29,284 nucleotides of DNA from Ginkgo biloba (taxonomy: Eukaryota; Plantae; Ginkgophyta). This document shows, one piece after another, positions 1 to 11,007 of this stretch (within the stretch, counting starts at the first letter, position 1; the number at the start of each line of letters is the position of its first letter). The notes beneath the pieces were generated by a model. The model did not search any database. It worked only from the letters and a program-made list of their open reading frames with translations, and was not told the DNA's origin. The stretch is from assembly GCA_024626585.2 (NCBI GenBank), contig JANKJI020000004.1:149363219-149392502 (forward strand). Direction: 5' to 3'. The position numbers and the translations under genes were made by a program.

Positions 1-180
1 TTATTGAATATCAAATTTATTTCTTAGTATTTATTAATTATAAATTAATAATTACTAATTATTACTTATATAGTAGATTTTAATAGTTATTAATTATTAA
101 ATATCAAGTATCTCGTTAAAGGACAGAGAAGGAAGATGATAAAATAACCCCCAAAAGAGATGAGGGAGTTTGGAATTAAA

Positions 181-570
181 GCCATCATAAAGTTTGATGG
201 AGCTTCAAAGGGAAATCCAGGGAAACCATTGGANNNNNNNNNNNNNNNNNNNNNNNNNNNNNNNNNNNNGTAATCTTCCTCCAAAATATTATTAGATTCA
301 TCCAACAATGTGGAAAAGTTCGAAGCTACACTCCTTAGTTTAGAAATTATCAAAGAACTTGGCATTAGGAAGGTTCTTTTTCAAGGTGACTCATCCTTGG
401 AAATCAATTAGGCTACCAAGACTTGAAACCAAACGACATAGACTCTGGAGGAATTTCATTTTGGAATCCAAAAGGCAATTAAGGATTTAGACCTAGTTGT
501 GTTCCACCATATCCCTCAAAGGTTAAACCACCCTACGGATTATTATACAAACATAGGGGTGTGTCTCACC
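181..570 (+). pseudogene. RNase HI-like domain of plant L1 type (RVT_3-like), decayed
   Basis: One frame across the N gap reads AIIKFDGASKGNPGKP...SSNNVEKFEATLLSLEIIKELGIRKVLFQGDSSLEIN*...VVFHHIPQRLNHPTDYYTNIG. This matches the DGAxxGNPG / SNNxAE / GDS / HIPRxxNxxAD motifs. Three in-frame stops. Confidence 0.85.
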
Positions 571-1458
571 CATGGTGTCAAGTTCTATCATATTTTTAAA
601 TTAAACCCAAAAGGTGAGGTATACTCATGGGAGGAAGATAGTAATCATAACATGGGGTGAAGAAACCTTTATCTGATGGATTTTATTGGGGTCGGGCCCC
701 ACTTCCTTTGCCTTCAATCTTTCACAGGTAGTTCAAGGTAAAATCTGGAGAGGCAAGAGCATCCTTGGTGGAAGTAATGCAGGGCCACTAAGTGATTAGA
801 GAAGGTTGTCTTGGGACTTCAATCTAATAGGATAGAGAATAATCTCTCATTGGGGGAAGATAAATGTTCATCACTTAGCTTCTAAAATAGCTTCTAGCAT
901 TAACAACATAATGGATATTATGGAAGAGGCTCTAAGACAGCTAAAGGAGGAGGTGGGGCATCAGGGGGAGTTGATCCTTCCCATCATCTTGACTAATAAG
1001 AACATCCTTTAATAGCTACTTCAGGTAAAAGAAAGAGAAGTAAAAGAGAAGAATGAGATATGAATAGACTNNNNNNNNNNNNNNNNAAATATGGTGAAAG
1101 CTACCCTCAACCTACCATTGCAACCAAGCCCAAAGGGAGAGAAAAAACACAATTCAATAAAGTTCTCCTACCTAGAGGAGGTAGAGGAAGCACACTAGGA
1201 TGAGTCAAGATAAGGTACATCCTTGCAATTTTTAAAATTTTGGAATGCAATTTTATCATCTATTATAGTTGGGACCTTTGGTATGGTTCATGGTCAATTT
1301 TAATTTTTTTANNNNNNNNNNNNNNNNNNNNNNNNNNNNNNNNNNNNNNNNNNNNNNNNNNNNNNNNNNNNNNNNNNNNNNNNNNNNNNNNNNNNNNNNN
1401 NNNNNNNNNNNTAAATGCTAGAAGTATTTAATATGAGGGAGGATCCTAATGGTGTTTA

Positions 1459-1825
1459 ATTAGTATAGATTTGATACCAATAGAGAATATAGATGGAATC
1501 CAATCCATCATAAAGACATAAAGTGATATTAATACATAAAGGCATCACATTGTAATGTTATAACATTTACCTTCCAATAATCCCCCACACCGAAACCTTT
1601 GTCTTATCTCAAGACAAAAAGTATAAAAGTTGTTTGGATCCCTACCTTCATCTTTTGTCAGAGTGCCTAGATAACTAGCCTTGGTATCCACCTCTACTAA
1701 AGTCAGGAACATCCTTATGGTGTAGGTTCCATCTACTAGTCTACTTGGGTAACAATCCACAACAATTGCCAGTCCTGCAGGTCACCACACTAGATATATA
1801 TGGTTTGTTGTGAAGATACCTATCA
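1459..1825 (-). mobile_element. 3' end, PPT and internally deleted LTR of a gypsy (Athila-like) element; family X copy 1
   Basis: The reverse complement aligns with 10161-10470 and 10700-10761. Minus strand shows the pre-PPT hairpin TTTGTCTT-GAGAT-AAGACAAA, then PPT TGTGGGGGA, then LTR start TATTGG at 1579 (TGTTGG in copy 2). Confidence 0.8.
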
Positions 1826-2506
1826 TTTATTTTGTAGTCCATCACATCAACGATTCAAATTCAAATACAAAGTAATATCATCATTAAGGAGGAGGCATCC
1901 ATATTTATCTCTACTCCTTACGACAACCCAATTCCATAGGAGGAGGCACCAGCTTTGTTTACTGCTCCAACTAGTTTTCTAAAATATATGTTTTTAATTC
2001 ACTATCCAAAAAATTAATTGATTTTTCAATTGTTGGGTGAGTTATATTTTATTTATTATAGTAACGAGGTCATTACTTCCTACCTTGAAGAAAAACTTCA
2101 GCCCTAAAAGGATCTAGGAAAAAAAAAATCCAAGGTGTGTGATGTTGTCGATTTGACTCTATGCATCTCTAAAGTGATATTTACACTTATCCACTACAAT
2201 CAATTTTATTTATACTATAATTCCAATACTTTATAAAATTTCAACATAGTTATGGGTCCCTTTCGTAACTAATGTTGTAGTTATCATCTTTGATTGATCT
2301 TCAATTTAAAAAGTCATGGGAGTATAACACACATAATACTAATACCACAACATAACACCCTAAGAAAAAATAACACATACTCATAATAGTACCCATATAC
2401 TTAACTAGCAACTCGACAAGATGTCAAAAATTGATCCAGGTCAGATTTGACTCAAGANNNNNNNNNNNNNNNNNNNNNNNNNNNNNNNNNNNNNNNNNNN
2501 NNNNNN

Positions 2507-2670
2507 GTAACTAGTGAGGATACCAATCCCTTAGTGACTGGTAACTAGTGAGAATGCCAGTCCACTAGTGATTGGTAATTGGATATCAGTCCCCTAGCGA
2601 CTAGTAAGTGGATACTAGTCCCCTAGTGACTGGTAACTAGTAAGGGTACTAGTCACCTAAGGACTGGTAG
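2507..2670. repeat. Degenerate tandem repeat, five units of 29-34 bp, probably within an LTR element
   Basis: Units: gtaactagtgaggataccaatcccttagtgactg / gtaactagtgagaatgccagtccactagtgattg / gtaattggatatcagtcccctagcgacta / gtaagtggatactagtcccctagtgactg / gtaactagtaagggtactagtcacctaaggactg. Confidence 0.85.
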
Positions 2671-3071
2671 AAAAATAAATAGAATAGTCAGTCACTTGAG
2701 TGGCATGGATAGCGCATATCAGTGACCTATTGACTGGCAAGTGAACTGAAGTACATGCTAGTCACTTACCCACTAGGAGTTGACAGTTTGTCATATAAAT
2801 GGAAAAATTATAGAGGTTGGATCTTTTATATCAGTTGATGAGAAAATAAGGAGGTCTTTTCACCTTGGCTAAACAACCAACCTTTTGTTTATCTTCTTCC
2901 CTTGAACAATCAATGTTTGGTATTTTCCCCAAGTAACCAATTCACTGTTTGTCTCTTTCCGGCACAATCATNNNNNNNNNNNNNNNNNNNNNNNNNNNNN
3001 NNNNNNNNNNNNNNNNNNNNNNNNNNNNNNNNNNNNNNNNNNNNNNNNNNNNNNNNNNNNNNNNNNNNNNN

Positions 3072-3391
3072 GTTGACTGGATTTGACTGGTTACTTTGAC
3101 TAGATTTGATTGATTGTGGCTGATTTGACCGGTTTTGACCTTCCTTTGACTGTCTTTGACCGATTCTTCTTTGCTGCCATGTCATCTCAATTTTGCCATG
3201 TCATCACGCCGCCATGTCACCTCATGCTACCATGTCCTCAATGGTCGAGTTTGATGCGTGATTTTGGTACTTGTCGCTCTAAATCCTCATCAAAAGGCAA
3301 ATAGCGGTTGTCCCTTATGCAAATATCCGATTGTTTCCCCTGCCTCTCGCTATCAGGGTTTGCCAGATTGGCCAGGTCTAAATCTACTACA
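3072..3391. mobile_element. Probable LTR terminus with TTTGAC and GCCATGTCA short repeats, nested into the gag-protease element
   Basis: GC-richer block that retains CpGs and ends ...CTACTACA at 3391 (TGTAGTAG on minus). That is where homology of family Y copy A to 19381+ begins. Confidence 0.5.
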
Positions 3392-5652
3392 AACACCAAC
3401 CAATCCACTTTTACTTAATGTAGAATTGTTGACTTCAAACAAGTGTATGCTTGATTCCAACTCAATTCTTCAAAGAAATCTTGGGCATGTTTAACACTTT
3501 GTCATGCAAATAATCTCCTCTCAAAACCCTTTGAAGATCTTCTTTAGCTCCTAGATTTTTCTCTTTAACTTTGTATGGTGGTTGGTGTACCCCACTCATA
3601 TTTCCATTATGTTTAGCTTATTTTTTCACTTCCCTTTCTTAAAAAATTCTCTTCCAAGAAAATGTAGGCACTACACAGCCATACCTTCATAGAGTTTATC
3701 CACTTAATAAGACTTTGTTAAATTTTGTTTTTGCAACAAATACTCTTATTCATCATTCTACAAAAAATCGTATTTCTCTCATGAACTCTTTGAAATGTTT
3801 TACAATTCATTATCAAAACAATACATTTAAACAATATCTCTTGGAAATTGCTTCAAAGGTTATGCTAGATTCATAGCTTATTACACAAATACCATTGATT
3901 TGGATATCCCTTTGATAATTAGTAACAAACTTCATTTTGTTGATCTCAATAGAAGTTCCAATTTAAGTTTCCCAATTTCTTTCCATGTTTTAGAAGGTAC
4001 ATTTTTTTCTATCTCGAATAATTAATAAGTTGGCATACCAATAATCTTCCAATTTCAATATTAGCTACAATTTCTACATTTGTCCTACATTTTCACTAAA
4101 GGGTCATACGAATCTTGAATACATCTACCCTTGAATGGTTGTACGAACCTTAACACACTATCTTTTGACTATTTCATCCAAGTTTAGTGATTTATATTTC
4201 TTCCACAACACCTCCACGTGCATTCTCAATAATTGTTGCCTTTTTCCCTTCTTCCAACTCATAACAACAAGTCATTTTATTACCTACAAAATCTCAACAA
4301 TTGATTGAATCACAGATCACTCTCTTGCCAGAGTGTCAACTCAAATAGAAACCAAATAAGACCATCCACAAGCGCTTGAAGAATCTTTGTTAAATATACA
4401 ATGATGTAACTCACTTGGTAGGAGTTTATGAGGCCATGAACCTCATGCGCATTGCGGAAGCAATTTTATATAACCAAGGGAGTCATCATGATCTTTCCAT
4501 CTCNNNNNNNNNNNNNNNNNNNNNNNNNNNNNNNNNNNNNNNNNNNNNNNNNNNNNNNNNNNNNNNNNNNNNNNNNNNNNNNNNNNNNNNNNNNNNNNNN
4601 NNNCAAAATTGTAGGTACATCTATTAGCTATTATAATAGTTTCCTCATGTCCATTAATTTTGTCTTTGATCACAAACAACTCTACATCATGAAATATATC
4701 CAAACTTCTAAGGCCCACTCTATGTGGAAGTGTCTCTGGAGAAGTCATTTCCTTGTAGACAACAACTGGAACCTTCTTATCTTTCTTAGAACCATTTTGT
4801 GGAAGTCATGGACAATATTTTGTCATATGGCTGTCTCAACATTCAAAACATTTCATTGGCCCTTTCTTTCTCCTTTCTTTTGATATTTTTTTCCATTTCC
4901 TTGTCGCTCCTTGCCTTTGTTTTGAAATTGCTTAGAGAAATTCTTAGAAGGAAATCTTTTCTTTCCCTTTTTCTTTGAAAATTATTGGTTAGAAAAGTCC
5001 TCCATTCGTTGAAAATATTTTCTCTTAAAATCTGATTTAGTCATCTTTAGCTGCTTCCACTTGTAGTATTGTACTCTTTGTAGTTTCTATAGTATTTGGT
5101 TGGGTTATTGCTACCCCCTGTCTAATGTGATACTCTAGTCATCTCATAAAATGGTAAACCCTATATCTCATAAGCAAGTTTGATAAGCTAGTGAGAAGAG
5201 AATTCAATTGGTTGCTATATTGTTGAACAATGCTAGTTTATTGTAAACTCCATACTTGTGTATAGCATTCATGCATTTCATTCTAAGGAGCATACTTTTT
5301 GGACATTACTTGTTTCAATTCTTCCCAAGTTGTGATCTTATCCCTCATGTTATCTTCTATATCTATTTGTATGCTATTACACCATGAAACCCATAGATAG
5401 AATCTTTACTTTATTTTCTTCAGAAATACCAAAAGCATCAAAGAAAAGTTCCACAACTCTTATCCATGCTTTGAATAAAGTCTCGATGACTATACCATCA
5501 AAATCTAGGATTTGCATGTTTTGGAATTGTTTCACATTCTACAATAACTCCCAATCTCTTTTAGGTTTCTTGGGTCTTGGCTCTCTTTCTTTGAATTCTT
5601 CCTTGGACTCTTCTTCTTCTTCTTCTTGCAGTTCTTCTTTGTGTGGCTCTTC
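3392..5652 (-). mobile_element. Ty3/gypsy gag plus aspartic protease with vestigial pol, decayed; family Y copy A
   Basis: Minus strand: gag (ILDFDGIV..AWIRVVELFFDAFG..ITTWEELKQVMSKKYAP..VYHFMR*LEYHIRQGV), a zinc-knuckle-like KCFEC*DSHMTKYCP near 4810-4855, and protease start LFVIKDKINGHEETIIIANRCTYNF (catalytic DxG eroded to ANR) at 4604-4685. 3392-3930 aligns to 19381-19903. 4210-4503 may be unrelated. Confidence 0.8.
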
Positions 5653-6428
5653 NNNNNNNNNNNNNNNNNNNNNNNNNNNNNNNNNNNNNNNNNNNNNNNN
5701 NNNNNNNNNNNNNNNNNNNNNNNNNNNNNNNNNNNNNNNNNNNNNNNNNNNNNNNNNNNNNNNNNNNNNNNNNNNNNNNNNNNNNNNNNNNNNNNNNNNN
5801 NNNNNNNNNNNNNNNNNNNNNNNNNNNNNNNNNNNNNNNNNNNNNNNNNNNNNNNNNNNNNNNNNNNNNNNNNNNNNNNNNNNNNNNNNNNNNNNNNNNN
5901 NNNNNNNNNNNNNNNNNNNNNNNNNNNNNNNNNNNNNNNNNNNNNNNNNNNNNNNNNNNNNNNNNNNNNNNNNNNNNNNNNNNNNNNNNNNNNNNNNNNN
6001 NNNNNNNNNNNNNNNNNNNNNNNNNNNNNNNNNNNNNNNNNNNNNNNNNNNNNNNNNNNNNNNNNNNNNNNNNNNNNNNNNNNNNNNNNNNNNNNNNNNN
6101 NNNNNNNNNNNNNNNNNNNNNNNNNNNNNNNNNNNNNNNNNNNNNNNNNNNNNNNNNNNNNNNNNNNNNNNNNNNNNNNNNNNNNNNNNNNNNNNNNNNN
6201 NNNNNNNNNNNNNNNNNNNNNNNNNNNNNNNNNNNNNNNNNNNNNNNNNNNNNNNNNNNNNNNNNNNNNNNNNNNNNNNNNNNNNNNNNNNNNNNNNNNN
6301 NNNNNNNNNNNNNNNNNNNNNNNNNNNNNNNNNNNNNNNNNNNNNNNNNNNNNNNNNNNNNNNNNNNNNNNNNNNNNNNNNNNNNNNNNNNNNNNNNNNN
6401 NNNNNNNNNNNNNNNNNNNNNNNNNNNA

Positions 6429-8312
6429 CTCCACCAAGTATATCACATAATCAGAATGGGCCCTTGATTCTCATCTAGTAAGTGGCCATAAGAATTTTGT
6501 GTTGTACCAGAATTTGCCATGGTGCATCACCTTGGATAGCATGGACCATCCACTTTCCAACTAGAGAAACTCTTTGAGCTTTAATGTCAATTATGCCTAG
6601 CCCACCATGCACTTTGGGAAGAGTGCAAATGTCCCATGCAACTAGAGGCAATCNNNNNNNNNNNNTTTCCCTCACAGAACCTTTCGCAAGATCTTTTCCA
6701 ATTGATTGTGCCCAATTTTGGAAGGAAAAATATAGGAAGACTATTATATATGCACAGATGGCAAAATCCTATCTACCACCGTGGTATTTGCTACCAAAAA
6801 AAGGGGCTTAACATTCCATTTTTGAATTTTCTTTGATAGTTTAACCAACACCCACTACCAATAGTCTTTCGGCAAAACATCAATATCAAATGGAATACCC
6901 AAGCATCTAATGATTAGTCTTGGCTGAATTATTTTCCATGGTTTGTTCCATCATTCTGTTACTTTTCTTTGTCCAATCAAAAAAGCCTTCATCTTTTCCT
7001 CACTAAAAACTACTCCTGCTGCTTTTGAGAAAATTCTTAAGCACCTCACTGTACACTCCACTGATTGTTGTGTAAGTTCAGGAGTAAGTGTTGAATCATC
7101 TACAAAATGCATATTAAGGAATTGAATTCCATTTGGTAGGGATATACCTTCAATTTGCCAATCTATTCTAGTCGCCTCCAACATGTAGCCTAGAGCTTCA
7201 AAAGTAATAATATAAAGATATAGAGCTAACAAGAAGCCTTGTCTAATAGATCTATGTATTTGAATGGAGTCAATAAGCTCTCCACTAACAAGTACCCTAG
7301 CCAACACATGTGAGAATAAAGTCGAGACTGACCGGACAAAGGAGTTTCCAAATCCCAGCCAACCAAGCATATCCAAAATGAAGTCCCATTCAATCCTATT
7401 ATATGTTTTGTCAAAGTCTATCTTTAGAAACAATGGATTTTGGCCAATTTGTTGAGCCCATTCAATACCTTTCCAGGCTGTTATAAGATTATCCAAGATG
7501 AACCAACCTTTGATGAAATTTTTTTTCTCTTTTTGTATAATACTGGAGACTATCAACTAGATTCTTCCAGACAAGGTTTTTGCTAGGATTTTGTAGGAGA
7601 CATTAGGAAGAGTTATTGGTCTCCATCCTCCCACCGTGCCCGCTATGTGCCTTTGGAAATGAGTTTAATTATTCCAATATTCATCATTTCTCCCATTATA
7701 CCCTTTCTGATAAATTCTCGAGACATTTGTAGAAGATCCTCTACAATCATTGACCGCATTTTTTTGTAAAATTCAATAGGTAAACCATTAGTCCCAAGTT
7801 CTTTGCTATTCTTCATTTGCTTCATGGATCCTTCAAGCTCATCAAGTTCTATTTGCTACGATAAATGAATTATTTCAAAACCAAACACTTTAAATGGTAT
7901 TACTCTATGAACCATTTCTTTAGTTGCTTGTCATTTAAGGTCACATCCAAGAGTAAAGTATATTTGCTGGAAATGACCTTGGAAAGTTTCCTTGATCTAA
8001 ATCTCGTCTTCAAACAAGACACGTTGCAAGTCTTTCTATGCAATAATTCTCTTGAAATCATATTTTTTCTTTAGGTACTGGAAGAAGAACTTGGATGGGG
8101 CCTCACCATCTTGGATCTAGTCAATTCAATCCCAAATTCTAGCTCCTTTAGCTTCATATTCCTCATATTGTTGAATATGTCTTCAAGGGATGCCACCTTT
8201 TGTTGTTTTTGTACATTGTATAGGTCTTCCTCTAGTTCCTTCCAAGAGATGCTCAATTGTCACTTGAGATTTTTCTCATGGTCTCTTCTAGTCCTTGCCA
8301 ACATTTTCCTCC
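6429..8312 (-). pseudogene. L1-clade LINE ORF2, linker plus reverse transcriptase, decayed
   Basis: Motifs KELGTNGLPIEFY, WRPITLPNVSYKILAK, FLKIDFDKTYNRIEWDF, IRQGFLLALYLY, HFVDDS (YADD equivalent), CLGIPF and VAWDICTLPKVHGGLGIID. Confidence 0.95.
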
Positions 8313-9060
8313 TATTGACAAAGAAAATGGACTAGCTCGTTGTTCATTGCAGTAACAGTGTCTATTTTTCAAAGAGAAACAAGTATTTGTTGCACAACAA
8401 CAATCATTTGTCATTTTGCTAAAGGATTTCATCCATTTTTCTCATTTTTCTATCGACTATTCCAACCGTTTGTTGAACTTCTATTGGCCATTCATTGAAC
8501 TTCTATTGGTCATTTGTCAAAATTGTATACACCATTCGTCAGTTTGTATACAATTCATCAACCTGTTGATCATCATTTGTTGTGGATTAAACACTCCTTT
8601 GTTGACAGTTAGCTAGCCCAAGTTAGCCTTAATTATGGGGTGTAACCCTTCAATTGTAACATCACCTCCTTTAAGGCTCATAACCTTTTGACATGTATTT
8701 ATTGTAAGCCATTTTGAGGCAAAGAATCCATCAAGGGAATGTAATCATCTATTAAAAGCAATATACATTCTAATTTATATGTTGCCATTAACCATCAAGT
8801 ATTTAGTTTTGTGACATCAAGTTTTTTACTGTATAAGAGTCATTTTTCGATAATTTACTTCCATGACTACGGACACATTATTGTTGTTATGATTTTGACT
8901 ATGCATTATTAGATTTACAATTCCAGTCATCATGGTCAACGGTTCCAACCACTCTAACACAAAGTTGTTGGTGAGAGAAGAAGCCCTACTGTTAGGTCAC
9001 AATGGTTCTCTATTAACTTTGATGACTCCGTTGTTATAAAGATTCACTGTGGCAACAACA
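8313..9060 (+). repeat. 5' LTR (about 750 bp)
   Basis: Starts TATTGACA (TGTTGACA in the partner LTR) and ends CAACA. Colinear with 12116-12842. Hand count gives 149/160 identity for 8601-8760 vs 12401-12560. Confidence 0.92.
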
Positions 9061-9209
9061 TCCAGTTTCATTCCCTTCTGAAAAATGCTTAGTCTCTCTT
9101 AGGGAGGAGGAGAGAATGTTAGAACTGGATAAACTTATGCTAACCCTGGCTATTGTGGAGGTCGTAGTCACTCAATAAGCACCTCTAGGGATAGCTAGGG
9201 GTCTTCGCT

Positions 9210-10160
9210 ATGCCTCCTAAGGAGTAGACTATGGTGGATGAAAGGGCAACAAGGAAAGACAAGATGGACCAAATTAGAGAACAATTGATGGAGAAGGAGA
9301 AAGTTATTTCCTTAAAAAGGTAGTAAAAGGAGTGCTAAGATTAGGTGAAATCTTGGATCAGAAACAACCAAGTAGTAGCATGACACAAGAAAAGGAAGAA
9401 ACAATAACCTCATAAGTCAGCGCAACCCCCAAGAAAGAAGAAGTATGAGATGAGATTTCAAAAGATATTCAATCAGCAATAACAGAAGAAGACAATATCC
9501 CAACACATAATAAAAAGGAGAAAAGACACCTTGGCTGACAATAGAGGATTAAGTGAAGACNNNNNNNNNNNNNNNNNNNNNNNNNNNNNNNNNNNNNNNN
9601 NNNNNNNNNNNNNNNNNNNNNNNNNNNNNNNNNNNNNNNNNNNNNNNNNNNNNNNNNNNNNNNNNNNNNNNNNNNNNNNNNNNNNNNNNNNNNNNNNNNN
9701 NNNNNNNNNNNNNNNNNNNNNNNNNNNNNNNNNNNNNNNNNNNNNNNNNNNNNNNNNNNNNNNNNNNNNNNNNNNNNNNNNNNNNNNNNNNNNNNNNNNN
9801 NNNNNNNNNNNNNNNNNATCACCAATGAGAGAAAATTAATACTGATATTTTTCAACACATTACATGGTTTGGCAATCACATGGTACCAATGCACCACATT
9901 AGAGAACCCATCATGCGAGGATTTACAAACCCACTTTCTAGACAGATTTCAGAAGTCGAGGGGTCCGCTGCAATTGGAAAAAGAACTAGAAGATATATGA
10001 CAGTTTCCAAATGAATTAGTAAAAGATTACGATGGAAGGTTATAGCTCAACAAGTTTCAACCAAAAAATTAGCCTTCACCCCCTCACTTACTGAAGGTAT
10101 TCATTCAAGGGATCTTCCCACAAATAAAAAATGTAGTAAAAATGAACCTAAGGAAGAACT
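9210..10160 (+). pseudogene. Retrotransposon gag (Retrotrans_gag-like)
   Basis: Begins MPPKE at 9210. After the gap it reads FFNTLHGLAITWYQ..SCEDLQTHFLDRFQ..LEDI*QFPNELVKDYDGRL..VFIQGIFPQIKNVV. Confidence 0.85.
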
Positions 10161-10761
10161 ATGGCAAGTATCTTCACAACAAAGCCTAAATCTAGTGTGG
10201 TGACCTACAGGACTGAGGGTGTTGCCAATGGTTACCCAGGAAGACTGGTAGATGGTGTCTACATCGTAGGGATATTCCTGACTTCAATGAAGGCAAATAC
10301 TGAGGTTGGTTACCCAGGTACTCAAGCAAAAGTTGAAGGTAGGGATCCAAACTATTTTTCACTTATTTGTCTTAGGATGAGATAAAAGTTTAGGCATGGG
10401 GGAGTGTTGGACGGTAAATGTTATAACATTACAATGTGATGTCTTCACATATTAATGTCACTCTATGTGTTAATGTATAATGGGTAATTAGGTAGGCGGT
10501 TGGTAGTTTGGTTATTCAATGAATTTCGCCACCTATATAGATATATGCATGTTGCCAATATTGGATATCGAATAAGAGAGGAGAGAGAGAGACTACATAT
10601 GTACTATTCACAGGGCAGTCCTGAGAGCCTTGAGATTGCCACCCATTCTAATGTATGAAGGACTTCCTTTCTCTTATATCTGTGCATCTTACTTTTTGGT
10701 TGTCCCTACGATGGAGTGGATTCCATCACTATTCTCTGTTGGTATCAAATCTATATCAACA
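10161..10761 (+). mobile_element. Nested 3' end, PPT and full 357-bp LTR; family X copy 2
   Basis: Hairpin-like TTGTCTTAGGATGAGATAA, then AAGTTTAGGCATGGGGGAG (PPT), then TGTTG at 10405 through CAACA at 10761. CCTATATA lies near 10532. Host protease resumes at 10762. Confidence 0.85.
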
Positions 10762-11007
10762 CCATCTCATTACTCCGTCAAATTGGCCGATCAATCAATG
10801 ATCCGTCCCATTGGAACCATACAAAATGTAGGTGTAATAGTCTATGTAATGATGGTAGGAATGGCAAAAAATACCACATATCCAACACTCTTGGGAAGAC
10901 AGTGGCTATACGACACTCGAGCAATCCAAGATTGGGGTAGGAGAACATTCATGCTATTTGGGAAGGAACGCACCATACACATACCACTTGTATCTCATGG
11001 ATCCTAA
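10762..11007 (+). pseudogene. Retropepsin (gypsy aspartic protease), C-terminal half
   Basis: PSHYSVKLADQSMIRPIGTIQNVGV..YPTLLGRQWLYDTRAIQDWG matches LADxSxxxPxG and LLGRPWL. The catalytic N-terminal half is missing. Confidence 0.88.

Noticed and set aside
5384-6478. Long ORFs of 200-364 aa here and at 10954-11761 and 22238-22995
   Set aside because: They consist almost entirely of N-gap codons and are not evidence of genes.
10740-10751. TGGTATCAAATC resembling a tRNA-Met PBS (also near 1468-1479 on minus)
   Set aside because: It is not preceded by an LTR-terminal CA in either copy, and it lies inside the TGTTG...CAACA-bounded LTR.
10630-11007. 125-aa ORF as a real gene
   Set aside because: It is a chance fusion of LTR sequence (to 10761) with the protease C-terminal half.
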